Positions 1 through 11,151 of a stretch of DNA of 64,000 nucleotides are shown here, piece after piece; within the stretch, counting starts at the first letter, position 1, and each line of letters begins with the position of its first letter. Below the pieces are notes generated by a model that had not been told where the DNA came from, did not search any database, and saw nothing but the letters and a program-made list of their open reading frames with translations. The position numbers were made by a program, and so were the translations under genes. Where the stretch lies: NCBI GenBank assembly GCA_002811645.1, contig PDIP01000013.1, positions 19,742-83,741 of the forward strand, in the 5' to 3' direction. This stretch comes from Corallochytrium limacisporum Hawaii (taxonomy: Eukaryota; Protista; Pluriformea).

Positions 1-168
1 CAACACCAAAACTTCAACCGCCCTTTCGTCCGTCCCTGTCCCCCTTGTTAACCACTGCCACCAAATGCCACAACCCCAACCCCCCAACTGCTTCGGTGCT
101 ATTTTTTTTTCTTTGGTGGAGTGGGCGATCTTCTTTCTTTTTCGGTGTTGGGTCCGCGATGTCGACTC

Positions 169-189
169 CTGCTGCTGCTGCTGCTGCTG
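169..189 (+). repeat. (CTG)7 microsatellite in PIP5K upstream region
   Basis: ctgctgctgctgctgctgctg read directly. Confidence 0.95.
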
Positions 190-593
190 TGTATTCCTTC
201 GATCGCACAAAGAGATGAGACGTGCGGAGCGTGGACGTGAGTTTGATCGACTTGAACTTTTGATTTGAATGACGGTGGTGTTTGTTGGCAGTTTTGTGGC
301 TCATTGAACGGGCTCGAATCAGTCAATGAAAAACAGAGAAATGTGAAAAAAGCGCTGACTTTAGGTATTTCGTATATCCAATGAAGAATCCAGCCACGGC
401 GGAAAGACATCGTTGTTGTAATATGTAACAGTGTTACGAGGGCAACGTTATGCATACTGGGTGAACTTACAGTGAGCGCAATGGCCACCATCGGTGCTCA
501 CCGTTGAAGACTAAAGAAAACACATTAAGTTGATTCCAGGGTCATTGATAGCATACCCCGCGTAGCTTGAAAACAAACTCTCGTCCAACCACC

Positions 594-3248
594 ATGGCAG
601 ATGTGCAGGTGGAACATAGACCTGAGCCGCCGCCAGCGGCGTCGACGGACCTAAAAGCTGAAGCGCCAAATGGTGGACCCATGGGTGTCGTAGGAACGGA
701 GGTAGATGCCAAACCGCCGGCAGAGCTGCAGCGGCAGCGCACTCTGTCAATAGGCGGTGGCAAAGAGAAAAAGAAGGGCCACCGTCGTATCGTCGACGGT
801 AAGACATATATCAAAAACACCTCAGCAGAGTCACTAATGCGGGGCATTCAGCTAGGTATAAGGCACAGCGTAGGCAGCGTGACTCCCAAGGAGAAGCGCG
901 ATCTGCTCATGAGAGACTTCGAGGAGACGGAAGAGCTCAGCTTCCCTTCGGCGGGTTCGACGAAGACACCAGCACACTCAGAGAGCGACTTTAGTTTCAC
1001 AGCCTACGCTCCCCGTGGTTTTCGTCATTTCCGGGAGAAATTCGGCATCAAGGCTGAAGATTTCATGCTCTCGCTGTGTAATGATCCGTTGCGTGAGTTG
1101 GCCAACCCGGGTGCTAGTGGTTCCGTGTTTTACCTCAGCCACGATGACGCCTTCATTGTCAAGACAGTGCAGCGCAAGGAAGCGCTTTTCTTGCGCAAAC
1201 TATTGCCGGGATATTACATGAACCTGACACAGAACCAGAAGACTCTTCTGCCCAAATTTTTCGGTCTCTACATGTACTCGTCGCTGGGACGGAATATTCG
1301 TATTGTCGTCATGAACAATTTGTTGCCATCCAAAATGACGTTCTGGCAAAAATATGACTTAAAGGGAAGTACCCACGGGCGCCGGGCATCAGAGAAAGAA
1401 CTATCTAAGCGCAGCCCCACCCTGAAGGACCTGGATTTCATGAAGCTACATCCGTCGGGAATTTCGTTGGTTGAAAACATTTACCAGGCCCTCATTCGCA
1501 CTATCATGCGTGATACTCTGGTGTTAGAATCTTTTGATATCATGGACTATTCCTTGCTCATTGGCATCCACGAAATGACTGAGGAGGAACAAAATCAGTA
1601 CTACGGCACGAGTTCCGCGTTACCTCAAACGGTCTACGGGTCCGGGCAGAATCTGGCCGGCGGGCACATATATCAGTATTCCACGCTGATGGAACAGATC
1701 GACCCGCGCTATTCGACACCAGATGGCCAACTTGAGGTTGGCGAGCAAGCCAATCCGCTCGGTGGTATTGTCGGATACACCCTAGACGGTCGTAAGGTGC
1801 TCATTTTTTGTGGTGTTATTGACATTCTGCAGCAGTACGGAGCTCGCAAGAAGCTGGAGCACAACTTTAAGGCGGTCATTCACGACGGCAAGACCGTGTC
1901 AGTTTGCCATCCGAGCTACTACAAACGCCGCTTTGACAACTTTTTCCGCGATAAGGTGTTCAAGGTGCTCACGGACAGCCATCTGCTCAAGGATCTTCAC
2001 GCCCCTGGTACGGCCACGCGGAACAAGGCCTTTGAGTCTAGCGATGACCAAATGATCCGCCGGAAGAGTCTCACGCTTATTTCCGGCTCTGATACACCGG
2101 ATGGCCGGGCCTCCCCCAACAAGAGGAGTCTAATGCGTCAGACGGAGGCGAGCAACGATGTTGCTCACTCGACCCAAGCGATCTTCCAGCACGATTCGCC
2201 GCTGGACAGCAACAGCGGCCGGGGTCGACGGGCGACAGTGTCGCACCGCGGCAGCAATGCCACACCAGTTACGTTCGATCGGTCGCCGCTTACGAGCACC
2301 AACAGCTCTCGAATTGGCACTGGAGTTCATACAGCAGACGAGGATTCTCTCGGCGGGAGGCGCACATCTGACACAGCTGTGGTCAGCGGTGTCGTTGCCA
2401 GTACCGTGACAGGCACCGCAGTAGTTGGCATCGCTGCAGTGTCCCTCTCTCGTACAGGCGGAGCGGACCGTGCCATTGATTCGCCGGGCGTTGTATCCGC
2501 AACGCCCGAGGATGAGCACGATGCCAGCCAAGACGGCCCGGGGCCGTCTGGCGAGGCCGAGCATAAGCCTGAGGAGAGCATGGATGGACTGGCGGGCGCT
2601 CTAGGCAAACCGCACGGGCGGAGCCGGGAAAATCTCTTTGATAGCTCGGGATCAATCGGTGCAACTGATAGGCAGGTCTCTCTGCGGGCGCTGCGATCGC
2701 AACAGGGTAGCAGTTCGTCGGTTCTATCTTCCCACGATCTCGAGGGAGTGCGCAATGCCTCCGTACGAGGTCGGCGAACCGAGCCAATGCCCAAAGATAG
2801 TACCGCTGGCCAAACTCAGACGTCTGCCACTCCTGCGACGTCAGGACCGGTGGAGGAGGCGGCCGGTGCGAACCCGGCGCCCATGGCAAACGGCACACGG
2901 AATCCGCACCGTGGTGCTAGCGCAGACAGTGGCTCAGCGAATACTCTGGGGGTCGGTAGCAACGGAAATGCTAGTTCCACCACCGCTTCCGTCGAGAAAC
3001 GTCGTAGCATGGCCGGCGCGCTCTACCGTCCGCTGTCGGCGAAGAAGAAAGCAGAAAGGATGCAGCAGAACGCCACTGTTGCGCAGGCCAACAATACGGC
3101 AGTTTCGGGTGGCGGTGCTGCTGCGGCAACTCCGAATAGTCCTAAGCCAGAATCGCATGCCCCGCCCAGCGCGGCCACCTTGGCCATGGGTAGCAACACG
3201 TCACTTTCGAAGAAGGTCCGTCTGCATGAACATGCTGTGCAGTCCTGA
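594..3248 (+). CDS. PIP5K1: Type I phosphatidylinositol-4-phosphate 5-kinase with long low-complexity C-terminal tail
   Basis: PIPK motifs: IQLGIRHSVG, NPGASGSVFYLSHDDAFIVKT, TLLPKFFGLY, YDLKGST, DYSLLIGIH, GVIDILQQY. First ATG at 594 (accATGg); the track start at 567 is TTG. Confidence 0.95.
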   Translation: MADVQVEHRPEPPPAASTDLKAEAPNGGPMGVVGTEVDAKPPAELQRQRTLSIGGGKEKKKGHRRIVDGKTYIKNTSAESLMRGIQLGIRHSVGSVTPKEKRDLLMRDFEETEELSFPSAGSTKTPAHSESDFSFTAYAPRGFRHFREKFGIKAEDFMLSLCNDPLRELANPGASGSVFYLSHDDAFIVKTVQRKEALFLRKLLPGYYMNLTQNQKTLLPKFFGLYMYSSLGRNIRIVVMNNLLPSKMTFWQKYDLKGSTHGRRASEKELSKRSPTLKDLDFMKLHPSGISLVENIYQALIRTIMRDTLVLESFDIMDYSLLIGIHEMTEEEQNQYYGTSSALPQTVYGSGQNLAGGHIYQYSTLMEQIDPRYSTPDGQLEVGEQANPLGGIVGYTLDGRKVLIFCGVIDILQQYGARKKLEHNFKAVIHDGKTVSVCHPSYYKRRFDNFFRDKVFKVLTDSHLLKDLHAPGTATRNKAFESSDDQMIRRKSLTLISGSDTPDGRASPNKRSLMRQTEASNDVAHSTQAIFQHDSPLDSNSGRGRRATVSHRGSNATPVTFDRSPLTSTNSSRIGTGVHTADEDSLGGRRTSDTAVVSGVVASTVTGTAVVGIAAVSLSRTGGADRAIDSPGVVSATPEDEHDASQDGPGPSGEAEHKPEESMDGLAGALGKPHGRSRENLFDSSGSIGATDRQVSLRALRSQQGSSSSVLSSHDLEGVRNASVRGRRTEPMPKDSTAGQTQTSATPATSGPVEEAAGANPAPMANGTRNPHRGASADSGSANTLGVGSNGNASSTTASVEKRRSMAGALYRPLSAKKKAERMQQNATVAQANNTAVSGGGAAAATPNSPKPESHAPPSAATLAMGSNTSLSKKVRLHEHAVQS

Positions 3249-3935
3249 GCACGCAACAGAAGAACATAACCGAGAACCGTTTTCATCATTACAATATTCG
3301 TACCATCCTGTAAGTTGTTTTAATTCACCACTGGTCACATGACTAATTACTACCTATGATTCATTGCACCTCATTCCTCATGGTCTCCGCTGCTTCCTGT
3401 TTCCTTCACTCTTCTGGGTCGGCACGGCAAGGGCCGCCCATTGCGGGAAAGACCTGCAGGGGAGGCTATGGGGCCAGCTAACTGGCCCAGCCCTTGCCTC
3501 TCAACCGTTCGGACGGAGGGGAAGGACCCCCGGGGGGGGGGGGGAGGACCGGCGGAGATCCGTTTGCCGGACGGGAAGGGAGAAGGAAGGGAAGGGGCCC
3601 GGGGGAGGGGGGCCGGGGTGTTAACGGCGCAGGGCCGACCTTTAAAGCGGGCTCGATGTGCGACAGTCGCGAGTGGATGTGTGTATGCGTCGTTGTTTCC
3701 TTATCTTGTCTTGCCTCTTGCTATTTCAGACCTCTTGAAATTTTAAAGAAGGTACTACCAATCAGGCGAAAACATTGTACAGCCAGGTCGGTTCAATTTA
3801 AGGTGGCATTGAAGTGTGACGACGCAGAAATACGAGAATGTTGCGCGCGGGTGGCCTGTTGTGTAGTTATCACACAGGTGGATAGAATCGATTGTCTAGT
3901 TGCTTTGGAAAATGGCGTAGTCATCTTAACAAGGG

Positions 3936-6080
3936 ATGGTGGATTCGGCTTCCAAAGACGTGGATGACATGCCTTCGTCCCCTGCAGCAAGCGGTAGTCG
4001 ACATTCAGGACCTGGCCAAATTGGCGAGGAAGGTTCCTCAGCATCACCTGGCATAACTGACGCTGCATTGCGCAGAAATAGATCCATGTCAGACTGTGCT
4101 AGGGAACTTTTACCTAAGGATCAAAGTAGCCTAGAACTGGAAAAGCGGGCATCATGGCCTGCCACCGTCGATAGTCAGCCGTCAAAGCGCCATGGATCAT
4201 TCACAATGGCAGACAAATTCCGCGAGAGTCAGAGCGGGCGACAGGGCAGCCAAAACAGCTTTACGTCGAAAGAGGCAGACCATATAGTGACAGACGATCA
4301 TCCAAGTTCAAATGAGCCTGCAGCAGTGGAATCTGAAGGAGTACTCCCTCATACCGCGTTGCGGTTCGAAACTCCGGAACCGGAGGGAGTCGACGAAAAC
4401 ACAATCGCTGAAGCTGAAGCGTTGCAGCGTAGACTGGCGGAAGATCGACCACCTCCGCCCTTGGAAATCGATCATTTTGGGTTTGTTCTTGGATCTGGCC
4501 GGTATGCGGGACAACGAGCATCGGTAGGGGACATGAAGGTCCTGCGCCGCCGGGAGCGTAAGTGGACGGTGATGCTCCATGAAATGATGCTGGACGAAGC
4601 CGACCACTGGAATCCAAAGGAGTCACTGGCACTACAGAACGGACCAAAGCCAGCGGAATCGATTCAATCGCTCGATTCAATTGCTAGTGATAAGGCTCGA
4701 CAGAGCAAGACAAATGGTACATCCAGCAAACTAAGGCGGTTTAGTCGGAAACTGACAGGCCGAAAAGACAGCAATGCTCCGGAGGTAACACAGGAACAGG
4801 TACGAACCGGATCTATAGTGCTGCCCGCTAATCACGGATACATTGGATGGTGGAATCCGCAAAACATTCGCATCCTCAAGCGTCGAATTCGCAAAGGCAT
4901 CCCTCCATCGCTGCGAGGACTTGCCTGGCGTGTCCTGCTCGGTATCAATGAAGCGTACATCAACAGCCCGGAGCAGGTTACACTGCTTAAGAAGTACAGC
5001 ATCGAAGCTGAGGTCTATGAGGTTTTTAGGGAAGAAGTGGAGCAGACCATGGCCGCTACTGCTGCGTCCCAGCAATCTACGCAGCTCGGCGGCGAAAATC
5101 ATAAAGCAGAGCAGGAGGAATACCGATCGCGTGCCGCGGAGGAACCCTTGTTAACATATATTCCCATTATTGAACGTGACCTGCACCGCACCTTTCCGGA
5201 TCATGTTGTCTTCAACGGTGAATTCGGCAAGTCCAAGGGGGGTGGACAGAACGCCCTGCGTGCCGTCTTGCGCTGCTACGTCCTACACCGTCCGGACATT
5301 GGCTACTGTCAAGGTATGGCCCTGCTGGCGGGGCTGTTCCTGACGCTTTTGAGTCCACGAGAGAGTTTCTTTGCATTTTTGAAACTTCTAGACTCAGATC
5401 CGACACTGATGTCTCGTCGATTTGAGCCAGGTTTGTTAGGAGTACAGAAGGACTGCGCCATCCTCGAGCAGCTGTCCATTGAGCGGCTGCAGGTCACACG
5501 TGGTCAAGTCGTAGCCTCACAAGCTAAGGGTGGCCGTGCGGTTCTGCGCAAAGGCCACCAGCGCATGACGTCTATGGGGAAGAAATTGACAAAGAATCCT
5601 CTTCGAAAGCTGAGCAAGGCACACCGCAGCCGCGAGAACGACAGGGAGAACGCGATCGATCCGTCCGACCGGGCAGCTCAACTCCGGGCACAAGTGGCAG
5701 CCCAGTCTAGCAACGTTGGGCCGGTCGATGTGACGCTGCCCCATGTCACGCTCGGGGAGCACATCTTTGCGGGACTGCGCATGAATGCTGTACTCTTTGC
5801 CACAGACTGGTACATGGGGGTATACACTCGCAATCTGCCCTGGCCATCCGTCCTGCGGATCTGGGACATCTTCTTACTCGAAGGGTCCGTCGCCCTGCAC
5901 GGTACGGCGCTGGCCATCTTGGACAGTTGCAAAGAGGAACTCTTCCAGTGTGAAGACGTGGCAGAGGCAATGGATGTGCTGCGAAATCTGCCAGATGAGA
6001 AGGTTAAGGAGGAGACCCTACTACCCATAATTGACAACTACATGAACCGTTTGGCGGGTCGGGCATTCACGGATGCATAA
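3936..6080 (+). CDS. TBC1D10: TBC-domain Rab GTPase-activating protein, TBC1D10/EPI64-like
   Basis: DHFGF, RERKW, RIRKGIPPSLRGLAW, IERDLHRT (Arg finger), YCQGM (Gln finger), LPWPSVLRIWDIFLLEG. Confidence 0.85.
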   Translation: MVDSASKDVDDMPSSPAASGSRHSGPGQIGEEGSSASPGITDAALRRNRSMSDCARELLPKDQSSLELEKRASWPATVDSQPSKRHGSFTMADKFRESQSGRQGSQNSFTSKEADHIVTDDHPSSNEPAAVESEGVLPHTALRFETPEPEGVDENTIAEAEALQRRLAEDRPPPPLEIDHFGFVLGSGRYAGQRASVGDMKVLRRRERKWTVMLHEMMLDEADHWNPKESLALQNGPKPAESIQSLDSIASDKARQSKTNGTSSKLRRFSRKLTGRKDSNAPEVTQEQVRTGSIVLPANHGYIGWWNPQNIRILKRRIRKGIPPSLRGLAWRVLLGINEAYINSPEQVTLLKKYSIEAEVYEVFREEVEQTMAATAASQQSTQLGGENHKAEQEEYRSRAAEEPLLTYIPIIERDLHRTFPDHVVFNGEFGKSKGGGQNALRAVLRCYVLHRPDIGYCQGMALLAGLFLTLLSPRESFFAFLKLLDSDPTLMSRRFEPGLLGVQKDCAILEQLSIERLQVTRGQVVASQAKGGRAVLRKGHQRMTSMGKKLTKNPLRKLSKAHRSRENDRENAIDPSDRAAQLRAQVAAQSSNVGPVDVTLPHVTLGEHIFAGLRMNAVLFATDWYMGVYTRNLPWPSVLRIWDIFLLEGSVALHGTALAILDSCKEELFQCEDVAEAMDVLRNLPDEKVKEETLLPIIDNYMNRLAGRAFTDA

Positions 6081-6294
6081 GAACAGCGCGATCACAGCGA
6101 TCCAGAGACAGGCACAATTTTCTAGGCAATAGAACTGAGCAAGGAACCACCTCCCGTTAGAACTACTGATGACAAGACTTGGGTGGTGTCAACTCAATCT
6201 CTTCATTTCTGGTTTAAAAGGTTGAAAACTGGTTTGATTTCTTATTTAAAACACAAAATATGGAAAAAACAATTGATAGTCTCCCTGCGAGCTT

Positions 6295-9200
6295 TCACTG
6301 ACGCTGCTGACCACCGAAGTTGAAGTTAAAGGGCTGCCCTCCGGCTTGTCCTTGTTGCTGCTGCTGTTGGGCAGCAGCGGCCTTGGCCGCCTCCTTCTTC
6401 TTACGTTCCTCCATCTCTGCGACATGTTGCTGGGCAATGCGATAGACGGCTTGCAGATGCGGCTTTGCGGCTTCATCCACAGTGCCCATCAGCTGTGTGT
6501 ACATGCGCTGGCGCTGGCTCTGCATGCCCTCCAACAGCTGGCAGAAGAGTATGTACTCGTCCATCTCATCCATTGCAAGCGGATAGTACTCGTCGTCTTC
6601 GAAAAGTCCATCGAATGTGCCGGTGTCGTACGCTGCCCATCGATTGATGGCGGCGCTGAAGCCATCGTCACCGTTTGCTTCGAAATCTTCGTTGTCGTCC
6701 ACGCCCGCACCTTCCTCTTCTTCCTCATCGTCTTCGTCGTATTCGTCGTCAGTGTCCTCCATAAGGCGCTCCTTTTCCTTGTAAGCTTCCGGAAGGCCAT
6801 CAAAGAGTTTGATAGCAGCGGGCATGAGGAAAGGCCAGAACTGATGCAGGTTCTGTGGGATCTGCTCGTCCGGAATGGCCAGCAGTTCCATGATGGCCAG
6901 AATGCCCATCTTGCGATCGTGCACGGTGCGGAAGCGATTCTCCTGAAGAAACTTGAACCAGAGCTCAAAGAAGGAGTTCACGTTCTGCCCCATTGCATCC
7001 ACGGCCAGGCGGGCATTATAGAATATGCCACAGAGGAGTGTTACAGTGATGACCATCATGAGCGCCGGGTCCTTATCTGGGCTCTGGTGGGCGAGCATGC
7101 GGACAAGCAGGTCTATGTACAGCTTTACCCACTGATCGATATTGCCTCGGCAGTGCTGAAAGAGGATCTCAATGATCATGCAGAAGTAGCCGTGCTCGTC
7201 AAACTCATCCTCGGCACGCTTCAGGCCGGACTCACACATCTTGTAGACACGATCCAGGAACTCGTTGTGGGCTACGACGTTCTGGGCACCGTTGCAAATG
7301 TACGAGTGCAGAACGGGCACAATGTCGGAGAGCTGCTGGATATCACCTTCCTCGTAAAGTTGATGGATGGCGGGGAAGAGGCGCCACATATTGTCACTTA
7401 CGCTCTTCGACGTGTCAATGAGAGCTTCAACCAAGGCAATTACTTCCTCAACAAATTCCACCAGCAGGATCTTGTGGTTCAGAATTACAGTGATGACAGG
7501 CATGATAGCAGGTTCCAAGTGAATGACCAGGTTGGGCTTCTTCTGGAAGCTGTAAATCAGTGTGCTGAGCACATTGAGGAGGCCGTAGGCGGCCATGAGC
7601 TTGTCGTTCTCCTCGTTACCACTCAACTCCTCTTCCATCATTTGCATAAAGGTCTTACCAATCTGCATGGCCATGTCGACACCAACGTCCACAATCTCTT
7701 CATCGAATTCCTGGACAAGAATCTGGATGGCAGTGGTTAGCTCATCATTCTCACTGCGCTCAATCAACTCAACCATGCGCGTCATGATCATGCGAAGATG
7801 CGGCGACAGAATCGGGCGCGCCGCTTCCAGCTCTACAAAGCGCTCAATGGCGAACGCGGCCTCCAGTTGAACTGCAATGGCCTCGTCGTTCAGAAGCTGA
7901 CGACTCGCGTCAATTACTTGTGCCAGGACTTGCGTTGACCGCCAGTTTATGTCGTAGAACTGAGCGACTGTCCAAATGGCACGAGCACGCACCAGTCCGT
8001 GACTGGCGTTGAGGTCGGGAAGTACATAATGCACGAGCATGCCTTCCAGCTGATTCTTGAATTCCTTGCGCTTCTTGAGCTTCGTAGATACGGTACCGAC
8101 AATGTGCAAGACGCCATCCTTCTCGCGGAGCATTTCCGGGCTCTTCGGTTGGTTCGGCGGCTGTTCTGCGTACTTGGTCATGACCCGATTGCAGTATTCC
8201 ATAAGTGGTACGAGTGTCTGCTTCGGACGCTGGTTGACCACATCGGTGATGAAGAGCTCGGCCATGCGATTCGGGCTAAAGAACTCGTCAATGAAGTTGT
8301 ACTTAACACGTACGTATTCCACAGGGTCCAGGTTGAACATCTCTTCATCCTCCTCGCTGTAGCTCATGAGCGGGAAAATAATGTGGAAGAAAATGAGCTC
8401 CAGGTGCTGCTTGCAGACCTGCCACGTCTTTGACGGCTGTAAGGAAGTGCGAATGTAGATGATGAACTGACGGGTCACGCGCGGGGAAATGAATGTTCCC
8501 TTTTGCTGGCGCTCGTAAAACTTGCGAATAATCACCTCGAGGATTTGCACAGCGTAGTTTTCCACAAAGTGGTCTGCAAATTGCTTGTACTCATCAGTGA
8601 CACCGCTCGGATTGCCATATTTCTGGAAGATGCGGCCCAAGACCTCGGCGGCCCACTTTTTGCACTTCCAGGGCACAGTGGTCGGCCAGTCTTCGCGATC
8701 GTTTCCAAGCAGGTCCATTGGTGCCTCCTTGTCTAGGATGTTCACAAAGACGGTGAGCCATTCCTGGAAATTGCTGTTGACCATCAGGTCCACCGAGAGC
8801 GAGTACAGGATCAGACTGTTATACGTCTTGGCAATGAAACGAACCATGTGGTACGAATCTGCATCGTTCATTGGGATGCGTTGCTGGGCCAGCTGGAGGG
8901 CCTGAGGCAAGTAGACCTGACAGGCCTTGTGGAAGTAGGCTTTTTCTTCCGGAGTGCGTGACTGCCACCTGCGGGCGAGACGATAAAAGGCGACCAGACC
9001 GGCGAGAATCACCGGGTTCTGATCGCTACGCATATGCTGGAGCACAGTGTCGACGAAGGTGGGCCACCGATCGGGAAAATCTTCACCGACAACCCGTTCG
9101 ATTGCTACCGCTACCTGCGATTGTAGCAGGTTTGGCAGAGGCACCATAGCCTGAATCAGGCTAGCTCTGATTTCCTGCTTTTCGTTCTCTGGGATGACAA

Positions 9201-9477
9201 AGTCCTTGAGTCCGGTCTGTTCATTGTGGTCCCCAGTGTCAACCCAGCATCGGCTAACAAAATTCTTGAAAAAGACGGCACCGGCCTGCCTAATGGCCAT
9301 GGGAACTTCATTGCTACTGATGATCCGCAGACAAGTCATTGCAAAGCCCGGCTCAAATCCCATGCGCTCCAAGTGCTCCTCAGCGCGCTTGATCGCATCT
9401 TGATGCGAGGTTCCGGGCTGCACAATTGGCTGCACAGTGGCTTTAAGTGCTTCTGTCAACTGTTGGACGGCCACCAT
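6295..9477 (-). CDS. IPO7: Importin-7/8 (importin-beta family karyopherin)
   Basis: IBN_N region (IRQAGAVFFKNFV..W, EDFPDRWP), PWKCKKWA, acidic C-terminal tract and terminal FNFGG typical of IPO7; 1060 aa. Confidence 0.93.
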   Translation of the reverse strand: MVAVQQLTEALKATVQPIVQPGTSHQDAIKRAEEHLERMGFEPGFAMTCLRIISSNEVPMAIRQAGAVFFKNFVSRCWVDTGDHNEQTGLKDFVIPENEKQEIRASLIQAMVPLPNLLQSQVAVAIERVVGEDFPDRWPTFVDTVLQHMRSDQNPVILAGLVAFYRLARRWQSRTPEEKAYFHKACQVYLPQALQLAQQRIPMNDADSYHMVRFIAKTYNSLILYSLSVDLMVNSNFQEWLTVFVNILDKEAPMDLLGNDREDWPTTVPWKCKKWAAEVLGRIFQKYGNPSGVTDEYKQFADHFVENYAVQILEVIIRKFYERQQKGTFISPRVTRQFIIYIRTSLQPSKTWQVCKQHLELIFFHIIFPLMSYSEEDEEMFNLDPVEYVRVKYNFIDEFFSPNRMAELFITDVVNQRPKQTLVPLMEYCNRVMTKYAEQPPNQPKSPEMLREKDGVLHIVGTVSTKLKKRKEFKNQLEGMLVHYVLPDLNASHGLVRARAIWTVAQFYDINWRSTQVLAQVIDASRQLLNDEAIAVQLEAAFAIERFVELEAARPILSPHLRMIMTRMVELIERSENDELTTAIQILVQEFDEEIVDVGVDMAMQIGKTFMQMMEEELSGNEENDKLMAAYGLLNVLSTLIYSFQKKPNLVIHLEPAIMPVITVILNHKILLVEFVEEVIALVEALIDTSKSVSDNMWRLFPAIHQLYEEGDIQQLSDIVPVLHSYICNGAQNVVAHNEFLDRVYKMCESGLKRAEDEFDEHGYFCMIIEILFQHCRGNIDQWVKLYIDLLVRMLAHQSPDKDPALMMVITVTLLCGIFYNARLAVDAMGQNVNSFFELWFKFLQENRFRTVHDRKMGILAIMELLAIPDEQIPQNLHQFWPFLMPAAIKLFDGLPEAYKEKERLMEDTDDEYDEDDEEEEEGAGVDDNEDFEANGDDGFSAAINRWAAYDTGTFDGLFEDDEYYPLAMDEMDEYILFCQLLEGMQSQRQRMYTQLMGTVDEAAKPHLQAVYRIAQQHVAEMEERKKKEAAKAAAAQQQQQQGQAGGQPFNFNFGGQQRQ

Positions 9478-9812
9478 GGTTTGCTCTTGCTTATCAAGTG
9501 GTACCTTCTTTCTCAGTGTTGGTTGGTTTCCTTAAGATTTGCAGCTCAAGGTGACCTATGAATTATGTATATCTATGACGTCCTAAGGTACAAAGTAGAT
9601 ATTCATTCAAACTCACACTCCATGCTTTGTTCTTTAAAGACTCCGTTGCAGTATTCTTACGTTCGCTGCGCTACAAACACAGGTCAAGTTAAGGGGACAT
9701 GCCTTCGATTGTCAACACAGAAGTATATCTGTCTCTCGTGGTACCCCCGACGCCTTATGAAAGTGTACTACGTCAAACAGTCATAAATACATCTGGATCT
9801 CAAATACCAAAG

Positions 9813-9896
9813 GTATGTGATCATCATGTTGTTCCACTAGCAGACAAAGCACATAGTCACCGAGACCTACTGGCACTAATCTTCGTTTCCTGTTAG
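9813..9896 (+). other. Candidate spliceosomal intron (84 nt) in a transcript divergent from importin-7
   Basis: AAG|GTATGT donor, CACTAAT branch site (9874-9880), pyrimidine tract and TAG acceptor. Confidence 0.55.
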
Positions 9897-10941
9897 CTAA
9901 ACAGTCACATAAAAAGGAACAGTGAATCTCCCACGTAGAGAACGTGCGATGTGGCTAGTAGTAGGAGACGATGATGCAGAAAAGTCTCGGGTCCAGCCTA
10001 CTTGGCTGGTTGCTCTGAGCCACCGTTTGTTTTCTATATTAATTTTGGCTATTTTTCCTGTGCGCGACGCATGCGATGATGCACCTGCCTGGCCCGGCAC
10101 CTTACTAACACAGGTCAATATTACTCCTCTCCTGCTTCACCACCATAAAGCCCAAACACCCACAGTTCCATGGGCAACACCACCGCCGAGGCTTTAATGT
10201 TGCCCCGAAAACTGATCCCATATGGACGCGAAGCGAGGGGAGGGGAGCCCAGAGAGAGGCTCAGGGGGGGAGGAGAAGGGAGGGAGGTGAGGGCCCGGAG
10301 ACTACACACTTTCTTCTCATACTCTCCACAACCGCAGGCCATTTGCCACACACCGCGGTGCACTGCACACCTTCTGAGGGCCCCTACCAAACCAGGTTCT
10401 CTCACTATAACACCCGGTTCGGGACAACTCTCTTAAACTCTCTCGCTTGTGCTTTAGTCGTACCCCTCGCTTCCGCGTAACACAGGTCATAAAATCACCA
10501 TTGACCGAACACACGGGCCACACAACACAAAAAAAAAGAAGAACCAAAAGGACAGCAGCCCCCCCCTCTCTACCTAAACACACACACACACACATTCCGG
10601 TGATATCAATACGCCCAGGCTTTTTGCACTGGGGCATGGTCCGATGCCACTGTACAGAGAGAGAGAGAGAGAGAAAAAAATTAGGAATGCTCCTTTTGCT
10701 GCGACGGCGCGCCACGACACGGGCGGTAGTAGTACCAGCACCGGAATACGCCACACCAAAAAGAAAAGTATAAACGAAGAATTAAAAAATGAAAAAAAAA
10801 GATTGTCAGTTTTTGGTAGTGGTACAGTGACAAGGAAGGCGAGAGACCCCCCTTCCCCGGTCCTTCTTTCCTTTCTTTCCTTTGTTTTTTTATTTTTTGT
10901 GGGCCGTGCAAGGGGCCTTTCGAGAAGGGACGGAGGCTAGC

Positions 10942-10970
<29 letters not shown>
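10942..10970 (+). repeat. (GA)n microsatellite; similar GA/TC tracts near 10656, 15750, 24400 and 63840
   Basis: Read directly; these tracts fall in intergenic low-complexity islands. Confidence 0.9.
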
Positions 10971-10972
<2 letters not shown>

Positions 10973-11151
10973 GTGTCGCCCAAAGGAAAAAAGAAAAGGA
11001 AAATGGCTGTGTGCTGGCCTGCGTCCGCCTAACAAAAAAAAGGGGGGTAAAAATCGGGCGCGAAATCAAAGCCGGGGGCAAGGACGGTGCTGGAGGAAGG
11101 GAGAAAACGGGGGAGGGAGGGAGGGGTGTTGTTTGCTTTTTTGTGCCCGGT

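Noticed and set aside
6346-7740. 464-aa + strand ORF and other long antisense ORFs over importin-7, GST-N, eIF3f, V-ATPase d and Ilv3
   Set aside because: They are shadows of strongly codon-biased genes on the opposite strand and have no recognisable motifs.
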